A DNA stretch of 64,000 bases from the human T2T-CHM13v2.0 reference genome, Homo sapiens, in the NCBI RefSeq assembly GCF_009914755.1, contig NC_060925.1; one strand, given 5' to 3'. The notes below the pieces were generated by a model. The model did not search any database. It saw only the letters and a list, made by a program, of their open reading frames with translations, and had not been told where the DNA came from. Shown here piece by piece: positions 40,073-57,430 of this stretch. Position 1 is the first letter of the stretch. Every line of letters begins with the position of its first letter. Both the position numbers and the translations under genes were made by a program.

Positions 40073-42059
40073 CCCCTAGGTTGCACAATGAGTCAGTGAC
40101 AGAGCCGAGCCCGGGAGCCAGGTGTCCGCACCCTCAGTTCCACCCACGTTCAGCAGTTCCTCATTGAGACACATTTGTAGCTCAGCGTGAGCCTCAGGAA
40201 CTGAGTCCTTTGAGTGTTAACACTGATTGACTGCAGTGACAATAACAGTGGCATTGACATGCTGTGTGTGCCAGGCACTGTGCTAGACTTTTTTTTTTTT
40301 TTTTTTTTCCATTTCTTCCTTGCTATATAATGTGGTAGGCTTTTTACAGGGACTCTCTCTCTGGCCCTCATGATAGACTTGTGAATATTTTTGTCCACGT
40401 TTTATACATAAGAAAACTGAAGCACATAGCAGTGAAGCAGTTTGCCCAGGCTCACACAGCTGGTAAATAAAGGCACTGAATTTAAACCATGGTGGATCGA
40501 AATCAAAAGCCTGTGTTCTTAGCCACTGTGATGTATCTATCCCCTTCTAAGGAGTGTCATGCAATATGAGGGGAGCAGTGCTGAACCAGGAACTGGGGGG
40601 CTTGGCTCTTGCCTCAGCTTCTCACTAGTTCGCTGTGCGGCTTTGTGCAAGTCACTTGGTCTCTCTGAGCTGTGCTTTCCTACCTGAAAATGAAGAAAGG
40701 CAGGTTACATGACCCTACAGTCTAAGCCATTTGTCTTCTGGAATGTTGGCTCCAGGAGGGCAGAGCCATGGTCAGCCTCGCTGTCCCAGGCAGCTGGACT
40801 TGAATTTGCTTTCGGCAGGTGTTTGGTCTGCTCTGGTTTCTGCTAACATGTTCAGGTCACCTTTGGTTTAGCCCCTACGAGGCCAGGTTCTGAAGCGGGG
40901 AAGCTAAGTTTGGCTCAGCCTAAAGCAGGAGCCATGGACACAAGGGGGTGGGGATAGATATGATATGAGATCTGAGACCACAGAAGGGTCAGGGACAAAG
41001 ATCCTGGAGCCAGTCTCTCTGGAGCACAGAGCAGAAGCACGACAAATATTCACGAAGGAAAGAATGAGGATGAGCTGGTGACATACACGGTGGGACAGCC
41101 CCAGTGTGTCTGGGAGCCCAGGCTGCACAGGCCCACAGGAAGAGCTGTAGAAGGTCAGTGTTCTGGCTCAAGGGGAGCTGAACATAAACTAGATGTACGT
41201 GATACATATTTAGAAGCCGATTCTGGTTGCTGGTGGGTGATCCAGTTTCTGACAAGGATCCGTTGTGAGCAGAATGAGACCTGAGACGTGCAAGAGGCTG
41301 GGAGCTTTGCATGTCCTCTGCTGCAGGCTTAAGGGCTCCGTCTATTTAGGTTCAGAAAGGAACATGGTGGGGAGGGGGAGGGAGGGAAGAGGAGTGACTG
41401 CTCTGGGTATCAAAGCAGGTGCAGTCACTGGTTTTTAAGCACCCTGGACCCTCCTTCAAGACCTACTCCTTCGGCCAGCAGAACCAGGATAGGAACGCCA
41501 GAAAGAATCACAGGACTCAAGCACCCTGGGCAGAAATCCCACCCAACACCTGATGCTCCTTGCAGCACCACTAAAAAGTGGTCATTTGGACTCTGCTTGA
41601 ATGCCCCTGGTGATGGCAACCTCATTACCTCCCAAAGGCAGCTCATTTTCAGAGCCCTAATGCGGTTAGACAGTTCTCATTATGGTACATCGAATTCCGT
41701 TTCCTTGTAATTCTCAATCATGGGCCCATCTTCTGAGGTCAGAACAAGTCCCCTGTGTTCAGTGACAGCCCCTCAGGTGCCTGCAGACAGGCACTATGTT
41801 CTTCCAAGTCTCTACTTTTGAGAGTTGAACATCAATTTTCCTATATCAGCACAGTCTTACTCTCCGAATACAAAGAGTGTCTGACATTTTCTAATGAACA
41901 GGAAACCCAGGTAACGGCTTACAAATTGTGATTAGAAGGGGTCTGGGGGCCTCAACCTTCCTACTCTCTGAACACCCCCATCCAAGCATCACCATGTCTG
42001 AGATTCTATACAAATTCATGCCTCAATGATCAGCAGCGCTGATCAAATATATATATATA

Positions 42060-42360
42060 TTACGGAGAGAGAGAGATAGAGTGTCTCGTTCTGTCACCCA
42101 GGCTGGGGTGCAGCAGCAAGATCCTAGCTCACTGTAACTTCAAACAATCCTGGCCTCAAGTGATCCTCTTGCCTCAGCGTCCCAAGTAGCTGGGACTACA
42201 GGTGTGTGCCACCAAACCTAGCTATTTATTTTTTATTTTTTTTGTAGAGACAGGGTTTCACTATGTTTCCCAGGCTGGTCTCAAACTCCTGGGCTCAAGC
42301 AATCTTCCCGCCTCAGCCTCCCAAGTGCTGGGATTACAGGCTGAGCCACCTTGCTCAGCC
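42060..42360 (-). mobile_element. AluJ-like with (TA)/(GA) tail
   Basis: Reverse Alu dimer. Confidence 0.85.
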
Positions 42361-42529
42361 CCCTTCTGTCTTTACTGCATTTATCTCTGGTTAAGCCTCA
42401 AGTTGCTAACACTCCAACAAGAACCAGTTTACCATACTGGCTTCTCTCAGCAAGGGGACAGTTCTGGAGGCCTCTTCCTCTCCATTTTTCCTCCCTTTGC
42501 CTTGGCTCAGCATCCACCCACCGAGTCAT

Positions 42530-43120
42530 TCATCCCTTCAACACATACGTATGGAGCACCTATTACCTGCGAGCACAGTCCTAGCACTGTGGCTAAAACA
42601 CTGAACAGAACAGACGAGGCCCTGCTCTTGTGGCTACAACTGAGTGAAACAGACAATGAGTAAATGAGTAAAATGTATAACATGACCCATAGGGACTGGT
42701 ACAAGAGGACGAAGAGGAGCAGGGGGACAGGGAAGGAGAGCCAGAGGTGGTGGGGTGCAGGGTTCAATGGGGCTGCGGCCCAGGGAGAAGGTGGCATTTG
42801 AGAAAGGGTCTGACGGGAGGGAGGGGCCAAGTCATGCTGAGACCCAGAGGGAGGTCATCCTGGCAGAGGAAGTAGCAGGTGCAAAGGCCCTGAGGTAAGA
42901 AGGTACCTGATGAACTCAAGGAATGACAAGGAATCTGGGGTGCCCAGGCCAGCGTGAATGAAGGGAGAAGAGCAAGAAATTCGGTCAGAAAGGAACTAGG
43001 AGGAGGACAGATCACAGGAGGCCTTGTGAGCCTCTGGAAGGACTTTTACTTCTGCTCTTCATGATACGGGAGCCCCTGGAGAGCTCTGAGCCGAGGTGGA
43101 ACATGACTTGATACCTGACA
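42530..43120. mobile_element. L2 fragment
   Basis: tcattcatcccttcaacacata...gagcacctatt...gtgcaaaggccctgaggt...ggagcccctggagag. Confidence 0.7.
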
Positions 43121-43583
43121 AGCAGGGAGGGGCCGCTGCTCCAGACAAAGCTCTCATAGCAGAAGAAGGTAGGAGTCAAATTTGTTTTTAACAAGTGTTT
43201 AATGCACCCTGGTTTCCACTAATATGGTCAGGTCACCTTGGATTTACCTCCCTCCGAGTCAAGGTTCTGACTCAGGAAGACACTACTTTTGGGTTCTCAG
43301 CCTGAAGCAAGCGTGGGAGCTTGTGGCTGAGAGACTCTAGTTTCTGATGTGAGATTTGAGGGGCCACAAAATGTTCAGCAACAAAGATCCTGGAGTCACA
43401 CCTCACCTCTGCCACTTCTTGGCTGGTGACCAACTTACATTAACCTGTTGGCACCTTGGCTTCCTCTCTGGGGGAATCACTCCATATAAACTGGAGCGAT
43501 TCTGAAGACTTCATATGCAAAAAAAAAGGAAAAATAGCTCATGATTAATTTTTCCGTTGATTACACGCTGAAATGACATTTTG

Positions 43584-43875
43584 GGCCAAGCACGGTGGCT
43601 CATGCCTATAATCCTAGCACTTTGGGAGGCCGAGGAGGGCAGATCACCTGAGACCAGCCTGACCAACATGGAGAAACCCCGTCTCTACCAAAACTACAAA
43701 ATTAGCTGGGTGTAGTTGTGTACGCCTGCAATCCCAGCTACCCAGGAGATGAGGCAGGAGAATCGCTTGAACCCTGGAGGCCGAGGTTGCCGTGAGCCGA
43801 GATTGCACCATTGCACTTCAGCCTGGGCAACAAGAGTGAAAAACTCCATCACAAAAAAAAAAAAAAAAAAAAGAA
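43584..43875 (+). mobile_element. Alu (AluS-like)
   Basis: TSD gaaatgacattttgg / gaaacgacattttgg. Confidence 0.9.
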
Positions 43876-44239
43876 ACGACATTTTGGATATGCTGGATTA
43901 AAAAAATATCCAAGTTCATCTCATCTGCTCATTTTTCTGTTTTAAATATGGCTGCTGGAACATCTGAAATTATCTCTGCAGCTTGCATTCTATTTCTATC
44001 AGGACGCGCAGCCCAAGCGTTTTCAGCTCAGCGCCTGGAATCGAGCAGATAATTGACAAAATGAAGTCAGGGGAGAGGAGCCTGCTCTGGGGCAGGAAGC
44101 AGAGACGACCCCCAACCAAAAAACAAAACAAAACAAAACAAAAAAAAAAAGAGCCCAGTTTGTGTTTTAGCGCTTATTTCCCCACACGCAAACCAAGGAA
44201 AGCAATGTATTTGGATATTATAAAATCTGAAGGCTGAGA

Positions 44240-45390
<1,151 letters not shown>

Positions 45391-45740
45391 CATCCTTTTC
45401 CATTGCTCCTTGCTCAATTCCTTGCAGGAATTTGCTTCCTTTGTCAGGATCCCAGCATGGCCCACTCAAACAGGGTTATTTGAAGTGAGTCTAACAAAGG
45501 GGCTGGTTACAAAAGTGTGTACTGGATTTAGGAAGTCAACAGGGATAGTGCGGTACCCCAGGGCTCAGGCCAGTGGGAGGGGTGGTCTCACGGCCCCAGC
45601 CTGAAAAGATAAGGGGAGCAGGCAGTTAGTTACATGAGGCAGAGAGGCAGCAGGACTGGAGCTGTGTGCAGGCTTCCAGACCACAGTGCGACCCACGGGA
45701 GGTTGCTCGCAGTAGGTATGCACGCTTTCCGTATGTGTAT

Positions 45741-46665
<925 letters not shown>

Positions 46666-46669
46666 GTGT

Positions 46670-47280
46670 TATACTAAAATAAAAGGTTATAAAGTGAACG
46701 CCAGAAAGCATACGAAAGAGAAATTTTAAATGATACGACGTTCTGGAAAAGGCAAAGCTAGAGGCAGCGAAAAGATCAGTGGTCACGAGGGGTTGAGGAG
46801 GGAGGGGAGAGGAATGAATGAGCGGGGCACAAAGATTTTGAGGGTCAGTAAAACTATTCTGCGTGATTCTATGATCGTGAAGGATTACATGACGTAATCC
46901 CTTTGTCAAAACCCATGGAACATGCAACACAGAATGAACCCTCATGTAAACTTGCTGTGGGCTTTAGTGAATAATCACAGTGACACTGGTTCATCATATT
47001 GGTTTATGCAATATATGGTACTGATGTGGCATACTAATATAGATATATATACGCATATATATTAGTATATACTAAATAGTATGTGGCATGCTAATATATA
47101 TGAATATATACAGCATATAAATACACTATATATACTATATATAGTACTTATGTATTTATGGCACAGATGTGACATACTAATGCAAGATGTTAAAACAGGG
47201 GAAACTGTGCAGGGTAAGGGGTAAAGGGAAATCTTTACTGTCTGCTTAATTTTCCATAAACCTCAAATTGCTCTTAACAA
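46670..47280 (+). mobile_element. L1MC-like 3' fragment with an internal TA-rich expansion (~47000-47165)
   Basis: ttctggaaaaggcaaa...aaaagatcagtggt...tttgtcaaaacccatggaa...gaaccctcatgtaaac...taatgcaagatgttaa. Confidence 0.75.
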
Positions 47281-47296
47281 AGTCTATTAATTATTT

Positions 47297-48131
<835 letters not shown>

Positions 48132-49136
48132 AAAGTCTATTGATTATTTAATAAAATAAAATAAAATAAAGCCACCTTCTCACCCAGACAAAATCACTAT
48201 TGACACTAGGCTGTCTATCCTTCTGGTCACTTTTCCAGGGAACTTGCTTCTTTCCCCTGACCTCGGGGCTCCCATACCTGCCCCCACTTGCTTCCCCAGC
48301 CTTGCTGCTCCCAGGCACTGGCTGGGAGGGTTCCTCACCCGCTCACCACCTCCTCCCTCTGACTCCTGCACACACAAATGAACTCTGGAGCCAGGGTTTC
48401 CCATCAGCAAGCAGTTCTTGTGGCCTGGACCGTCACCCTCTCTCCTTGTCTGGCTGCCCTGTTGCTATTCTGTGGCTTGCCATGTGACTTGGAAGGGGAG
48501 ATGAGGAATGGTCTATAAACCACTGTCATTTTACTGGGCTAACACAAGCCCTCCTCATTTGCAAACATTCCTCCATTCTCTTCTAAAGATCTTTCACATC
48601 TGTGTTTCCTCGATCCTCTCGACAAACCTCAGGATGACGGGCAAGGGAACAAAACCCCAGGGAAGTTAGGTGACCTGTCAAGTGAAGGAGGTCCTGACCT
48701 TCGGCTCTAAGCTCCTTGCCCCACTCCAGGTGACCACCTTCAACTTTCACTTCTGATGTAGATGATCATTTCTGATGTAGATGATCTAAAAGCACACATC
48801 ATCTCATTGGGGTCTTACGAAAAAGCAATGCTATTCTTTCCAATAACTCAAGGAGGGAAGTATTCTTTTCAAATGAAGACAGGAACATACTCTTGCACCT
48901 CCTGATTTGAAAGGGAGCTCCTGGGGTGGTGGGACATTTGCCACAGGGACCCACCCAGGGGACCTTTGCTGGGAGCCTCAGACTCTTTCATCTGCCCTGG
49001 AGGAGGCTGACACAAGAGGTCCCAGCATCAGCTTACATCAGAATGAAAAGGGGCCCTCTTGGTCACCTAGAGCAGAGATCTACCACTGGTGGCCAGTGGG
49101 AGGAACATGTTTTGGAGTTCAGCCAGCACTCTAAAT

Positions 49137-49459
49137 TGTTTATTTATTTATTTTGTTTTTATTTATTTATTTATTTTGAGACAGTCTCACTCTGTCACCC
49201 AGGCTGGAGTGCAGTGTGGCACGATCTCGGCTCACTGCAAGCTCCGCCTCCTGGGTTCATGCCATTCTCCTGCCTCAGCCTCCCGAGTAGCTGGGACTAC
49301 AGGCATGCTCCACCATGCCTGGCTAATTTTTGGATTTTTAGTAGAGACGGGGTTTCACCATGTTAGCCAGGCTGGTCTCGATCTGCTGACCTCAGGTGAT
49401 CTGCCCGCCTCAGCCTCCCAAAGTGCTGGGATTACAGGCGTGAGCCACCACGCCCAGCC
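49137..49459 (-). mobile_element. Alu (Y/S-like)
   Basis: TSD tctaaattgtttat on both sides. Confidence 0.9.
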
Positions 49460-50199
49460 CATTCTAAATTGTTTATATACCTATATTCTCTGCTGACTCC
49501 AACTGGCTGCTTCTGCTAACCTCACCCAGCTGACCCTGGGGGCATCTGGGGTCTCATTCCTGCACTCCTTACCTGGGAAAATCCACTCTCTGAGAGATGA
49601 GAAGGCTGAAGCCGAGAAAAGCACGTGACTCGGAGGACCCACTGGGAGCTAATGTTGGAGCCCGGATTGGGACCACGATCCTTGGCTGTTCGGTTTCTGT
49701 TGGCCTTTGAGAAGCTGCCCCTTCATCTTCAATGGCCCATAGCTCCCTCAAGGTCCTGACTCCCTGACCTTGACATTTACCACGTATCCAGCTGGGAGGA
49801 TGGAGAAGATGGGACACCAGAGGACTCTTAATTGGCAGCCTCCGACGTGCAAGAGCCGGCCAAGAGCCGCTGGGAGGATGCGCTGTCTCAGATACTGCTG
49901 TCTGCGTGGGTTGTCACACGTTTGGGATTTGACAGGCAATTCCTTAGTTCATTGGGTTTCATATATCTGTATACGTATCTGGTCTGTTTGGCCACATTTC
50001 TGTGCTTTAAACAAAGACAAAATAATAACAGCTTCTATACGTGGTGATGGAGGAAATTGCTCAAAAGCTTCTTTATATGACTATCACTTGAGGTCAAAGG
50101 AGAGATGCTATCACCTACATTTGACCGGGGACACTGAGGACCAGGAACATCAGGGGACTTATCTGCCATCGGACAGCTCATTGGAAGCACAGACAGTCA

Positions 50200-50800
<601 letters not shown>

Positions 50801-52312
50801 TGAGAAGCGGAGACAAGCATATGAGCGAGGAAAAGGGGTGCTGTTTCCTGTGCCCCAGTTCTGCTCCCATGACTTCCTGGGGCTTGACTGTTCAGGACCA
50901 AGTGTTCCTGGACACACCTGCATCCTTAAGAGTAACCCTCCTATTTGCTTACTCCAGATGACATTGGTTTGTTTCTGTGAATTGATAAGCAAAGCTGTCC
51001 GATTCAGCTGGAGTTAAACTGAGACCTGTGGCCTCGGCATCCTGAACTCTGTCCATCAGCCACTCCCGCTGTGCTTAGCAGAGGAGGGAAGAACATTCCA
51101 GCAGCCTCTCCAGGGCTCCTCTCCTCTTCCAGCACCACTCCCGCAGCTGGGGGCAGAGTAGCCGCTCCCTCCCTCCTGCATAGCAGGAGCTGCGGCTCAG
51201 GGGGCTACCGGGGATTTGACCAAGATCACAACAACCCAACCTAGGAAAGAAACCCTGAGAACATGCATTCTGGGCCCTGCCTTGGCTGAAGGCAATCCGG
51301 ATATGCTTTGCTGACCCAAAGCCACCGAGGGGTATTTGCTGAAAACAAAAACAAAGGCCAGTGATTTGGGCCCGTCCCTGGATGACCCCTAGGAGTGTGC
51401 ATTCCTTGGCTCACTCACTCCCACAGCCTCACTGAGACCCTCCTAGTCTCCTACGCAGGGTGCGGCTGACAGCAGCAGGCATGCTGGCCTCTTGGAGCCT
51501 GCATTTCTAGTGGGACAAAATGTATGAATTTGATAATGTCAACCTCAGTGAATGTTACGACGTAACTACAACAAGAAGATGTGACCAAGAGTGATGGGGT
51601 AGGGGTGGGATGGTCAGGGAAGGCCTCTCGGAGGAGGTGATGCTTGATGGAAGACCTGGTGATGAGGAAGATCGGGGTCGGGGGAGGTGTCCTTCCAGGC
51701 AGACAGCAGCAAGTTCAGGGGCTCCGGCTGGATACTGGCACTTGGGCGTGTTCCGGGGACAGAACAAGGCTGGTGTGGCCTGGGTGGGGAAGGGGCAGGG
51801 AGGGAGGAGAAGTGATAAGAAGGGGCCCGTCTGGGCTGTGGGAGGGAGCTCGTCTGGGCTGTGGGAGGGAGCTCGGTTGATTCTAAATGCAATGGGAGCC
51901 ACTGGAAGGTTTCCAAATACGCCCTGTGTTGTACGAGCCTCTGGGGATTGAAGGAAGAACAAGACACATGTTGCCTCCTCAAAAAGGGTCAGACGTGACC
52001 TGTAACGTCAGGCAGTGGTCACAGGATAAGCACAGCATCCCACGAGATCGCACAGGATGGGCTCCCAACCCAGCCTCAGGAGCCCAGGGAAGAGGTGGAG
52101 CATGGAAGGTTAAGTGGGAACCAGAAGGGTAAAGAAGTCAAGGCAGGGAATGGGGAGGAAGAAAGAACCCCAGGACAGGTAACAGCACAGGCATGGACCT
52201 GCGGCATCACAGCCCATGATGTTTCCCGGGACCGAAAGGGATGCACTCGGCTGGGATCTTACTGTGGCCGTGCTCAGGATATGAGTTGACTCAGAACCAC
52301 CAATGCTCCTGA

Positions 52313-52673
<361 letters not shown>

Positions 52674-53339
52674 TGATGCATTTTTACAGCCCGCACCAGC
52701 CCGAAGGCTGATAAGGCCGGCCAAGCACCTCATCCCTGCAAACCATGTTCCAGACCACAAGATGCTAGGACAGCAGGAACTGTGCAGCCACTTGGCTTAA
52801 AGGGCTTAACCCTTTGGGTAACTGAGCCGGCTGGAACTTGCCTGATGTACCTACTGGCGATACTGTCCTCTCCAAACCAAATCCCCTCCTGGGTTCCCCT
52901 GGGGCTATCTGTCCACTGTCTTATGTTGTTCAGCAAAAAGCGTTCCCTTTGAGTTCACTGGTAGAGTAACTGGATGAGTTGAACATTTTTAGAAAGATCT
53001 GGTTTTTGGGGCCAGAGTAGGATGACCCTGTGGGGGCTCTCCAGGCAGCAACCAAGGCAGACCCCTCGGTGAGGTTACCTTAGGTCAAGCTTGCAGTTGG
53101 CTTGGCACCAGAAGGCCAGACCACAGTGCCCACAAGAGCTGGCACCTGGTTCCTGGACACTGGTAATGGTGAGAAAGGTGACACCCCAGTGACTCAACTC
53201 TAAGGGACAAGTTAAACGTGCAGTGGACTGTGGCACACAGGACATGCACCGACTCATCAACAGCAGGACAGAGGTCACTCGCATGAAAACCGAGACTTCA
53301 GTAAGCCTCTGCCCAGGAACACAGCTCTCTCAGGTATAA

Positions 53340-54560
<1,221 letters not shown>

Positions 54561-55784
54561 CAGTCTAATAACAGGAGCCTGTATTTTTATCATCAGGAAC
54601 ATAAAGCTGCTTTTATTTTCTCAAAGAAGAAAAAGAAATAGAGTCACCTGGGAGAAAGGACCAGTGTGACCTTCAGGCAAGCGCCGGGTTTGTCCCTTAG
54701 GCTGAAATACCATTTATGTTGTCAGTATAACAAGAACTCCTCATTCCTCTGACCAAACCAGGCCCTCACAGTGTCTGACATCAGAAAACGGAAGTGGAGC
54801 TTCGGGGAAATGGGGAGAGGCTCCCCCAGCAAGCCCCAGGTCAGATCTGGTAATCTGATGGGGTTAAACGACATGACCTGCCTGCCATGATGCCCTTCCT
54901 AGACAGGATGTTATCTTCAGGGTCTGCCCCATGGGGTACCCAAGCCCCCGAATGCTCAGATGCTCCAGACGCTCTTTAGTGGATCTTTTCTGGGAAGCTG
55001 TCTCCACCCAGGAGACAGGGTTCACAGACCCAAGGCATGACATGTGGTTCTGTTTAATTCCGCCCCAGTCCATCCTTCCTCCCAGCCTTGCCCTCCCTAC
55101 ACCTCCATGCGTCAAGGTTGTAGAGCGAGAGAATCAGCTCGAATCTCTTTCCTAGTGCTGTAAGCTGTGACCTTCAGGCCACACGTGGCTGCAGCTAGAA
55201 AGGGAGGTGCAAGAGGGTGCCTGGGTGAATGCAGCCTCCCACCTTGACAGCTGCAAGTGCCCCTCCTGTGATACACTCCCAGGCATGTTCTGGGCTGTGT
55301 CAGATGCTCTGTGCCCCTCCAAAGCCAAGCCCAGAGTCCAGTGACCCCTACCAAGCCTCATGCCCACTGGCCTCGGTTTCTCAAACCCAGCGGCATATTC
55401 TCCCTATGGCCCAGGACCAGGGCTAGGGACAGCAAGTGTAAAGTCCTTCCACACTGTGACAGCATCTCAGGCTCATGAGCCCAGAGCCCCAGTGTACCCA
55501 AGAGCTCTGCCCTCCCTAATGCCCAGAGACTACAGCCCCCTGAATTCCAGCAGAGGGGTCTTTGGAGGTCACGTGCCTCCCCAGGCCTTGACTTCCCAAC
55601 TTTTAAAACCAAGTCAATGTCCCCTTCCCTAAAACTGTAGAACTTTAGACTTAGAAGGAGACTTACGGTCCTCCTACCTACACTCTTTGTTTATAAGAGA
55701 AAAATTGAAGGCACAGAGGACAGGCAACTTATACACAGTCCCACCATGAGTGAGTTACTGCACCACAGAGCCAGCGAAAAGCCC

Positions 55785-55965
55785 CATGCACAGGAATCCC
55801 CTGGAGGTGTGGAGCTTGCTAAAATGCAGATCCCCAGGCCTCAGCCCCCTACCCCCAGGCCCTCATTCAGTCGTAGATCTGGGGTCCTGTGAATCTGCAC
55901 TTCACACAAGCTCCCCTGGCGATTCTCATGCAGGTGGTTCTCAGGTGACGCTTTGAGAAACACCA
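55785..55965. mobile_element. MER5-type (hAT-Charlie) element
   Basis: gagcttgctaaaatgcagatccccaggcc...gaatctgcactt..acaagctcccctggcgattctcatgca...ctttgagaaacac. Confidence 0.7.
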
Positions 55966-56209
55966 CGGTGCTCCCCACTTTTGTGTCTTTATCTCCTCCC
56001 CACTTCGCTGGGCTCTGTCTTGCTTCTCTGGGGGACAAGGGGGCAGGGAGGCAAGGGAAAGCAAGGGTAGGATCCTCTTTGCTCCTTCCTTCAATTTCCT
56101 CCCCCGGAAGAGGCAGAAGGCCTGCCTAGAAAGCCCTGGACCTTGTACCCTCACGGAGCCTGGTTTTCTCCGGCAGGAAGTAGGTGGTCCTCACGGAGGA
56201 GGTACTGGG

Positions 56210-57430
56210 AGCTAGGAGATCCTGGTGCACCCCCAGCTCTGGGTTTAACTCTCTGTGTGATCTAAGGCAAGTTACATCGCTTCTCTAGTCAAAACAGGAT
56301 AATAACAACAGCGCCAATTAAAACACTTACATAGTATATACTGTGAGCCAGGCACTGTTCTCGGTCCTTTATAAATAATGCCCTTTTAATCCTCCTAACA
56401 AGCCTAGAAGGTGGATACTGTATCAGCCCCATTTTACAGATGAGGAAACGGGTACAAAAAGATCACACAATCAGTAAGAAGTAGAGGCAGGATTTGAAGG
56501 CAAGCAGCTTGGTGCCAGTCTGGGCTCTGAGCTGTCTCTGTGAAAAGTAGAAAAAGCACAAATGCAGGAGGAGGAGGGAGGGGGCGGGGAACACCTGTTG
56601 AGCACCTACCACACGCCAAGCAAGACGGTGTCCTTTACAGAGATAATCTCATTTAAATCTCACAGCAAGCACGGCAGAGGACACCATTACCACATTCTGA
56701 ATCCAGATGCAAAGAAACTGAGGCTTGGAGAGGTCAGGGACTTGCCTAAGATTATAAACCTGAGTCCAAACCTGAATGCGGGTCTCACTTCAAGGTAACT
56801 GCTGGAACCTCCACCACCCACCCTGCATGTGGCTTACAGTTTAGGAGATACTCTCGGGCCACACAGCATGGACAGTGGCAGTGAGACCAGAGCTGCTCAT
56901 GGCACTGCACCCTGTGAGGTGCCCTGGAGCTGTGTCCGTCCTCTCCCTACTGGCTGAGACAAAGCCATACCCCCAAACCCTGTTCCCAGGGCTCTGGACA
57001 TGGCTCCTTGCTCTGAACCTGTCCATCCTTCCTCCCGTCTTTCCTATCTGAGTCCAGTTTCTTCCCCACATCACAGACAGCAGGAGGAGGAACATTTCAC
57101 TTCCATTGCTCGTTACTTTCACTCACATCACCTTGTTTGGATCTCGACAACCACTGGGTGGGATGGACTATGCAGCATTACCCATGTCTTGATTTCACTC
57201 AAGGGAAAGGTGAAGCTTAAAAAACTGGAGTGACCCACCCAGAGTCCCCCAGATTTTAGGCCAGGACTTAAATCCATGTCTTCAGATTCCAAATCCAGGG
57301 CTCTTTGGAGATCTCAGAGGTCAACGCAAGAATTCTAGAGATGAGGAAACTGAGGCCCAAATGGGACAAGTGGCCTGTTCAAGGTCACAGTCACCATGGC
57401 AGAACTGAGACAAACCCACAGCTCCTGACT
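56210..57430. mobile_element. Cluster of MIR fragments
   Basis: Repeated MIR cores: ccccattttacagatgaggaaac, gaaactgaggcttggagaggtcagggacttgcctaag, gatgaggaaactgaggccca...aaggtcacag. Confidence 0.72.

Noticed and set aside
40288-40308. Orphan poly-T run
   Set aside because: No attached retrocopy or TSD; mainly a risk for oligo-dT internal priming artefacts.
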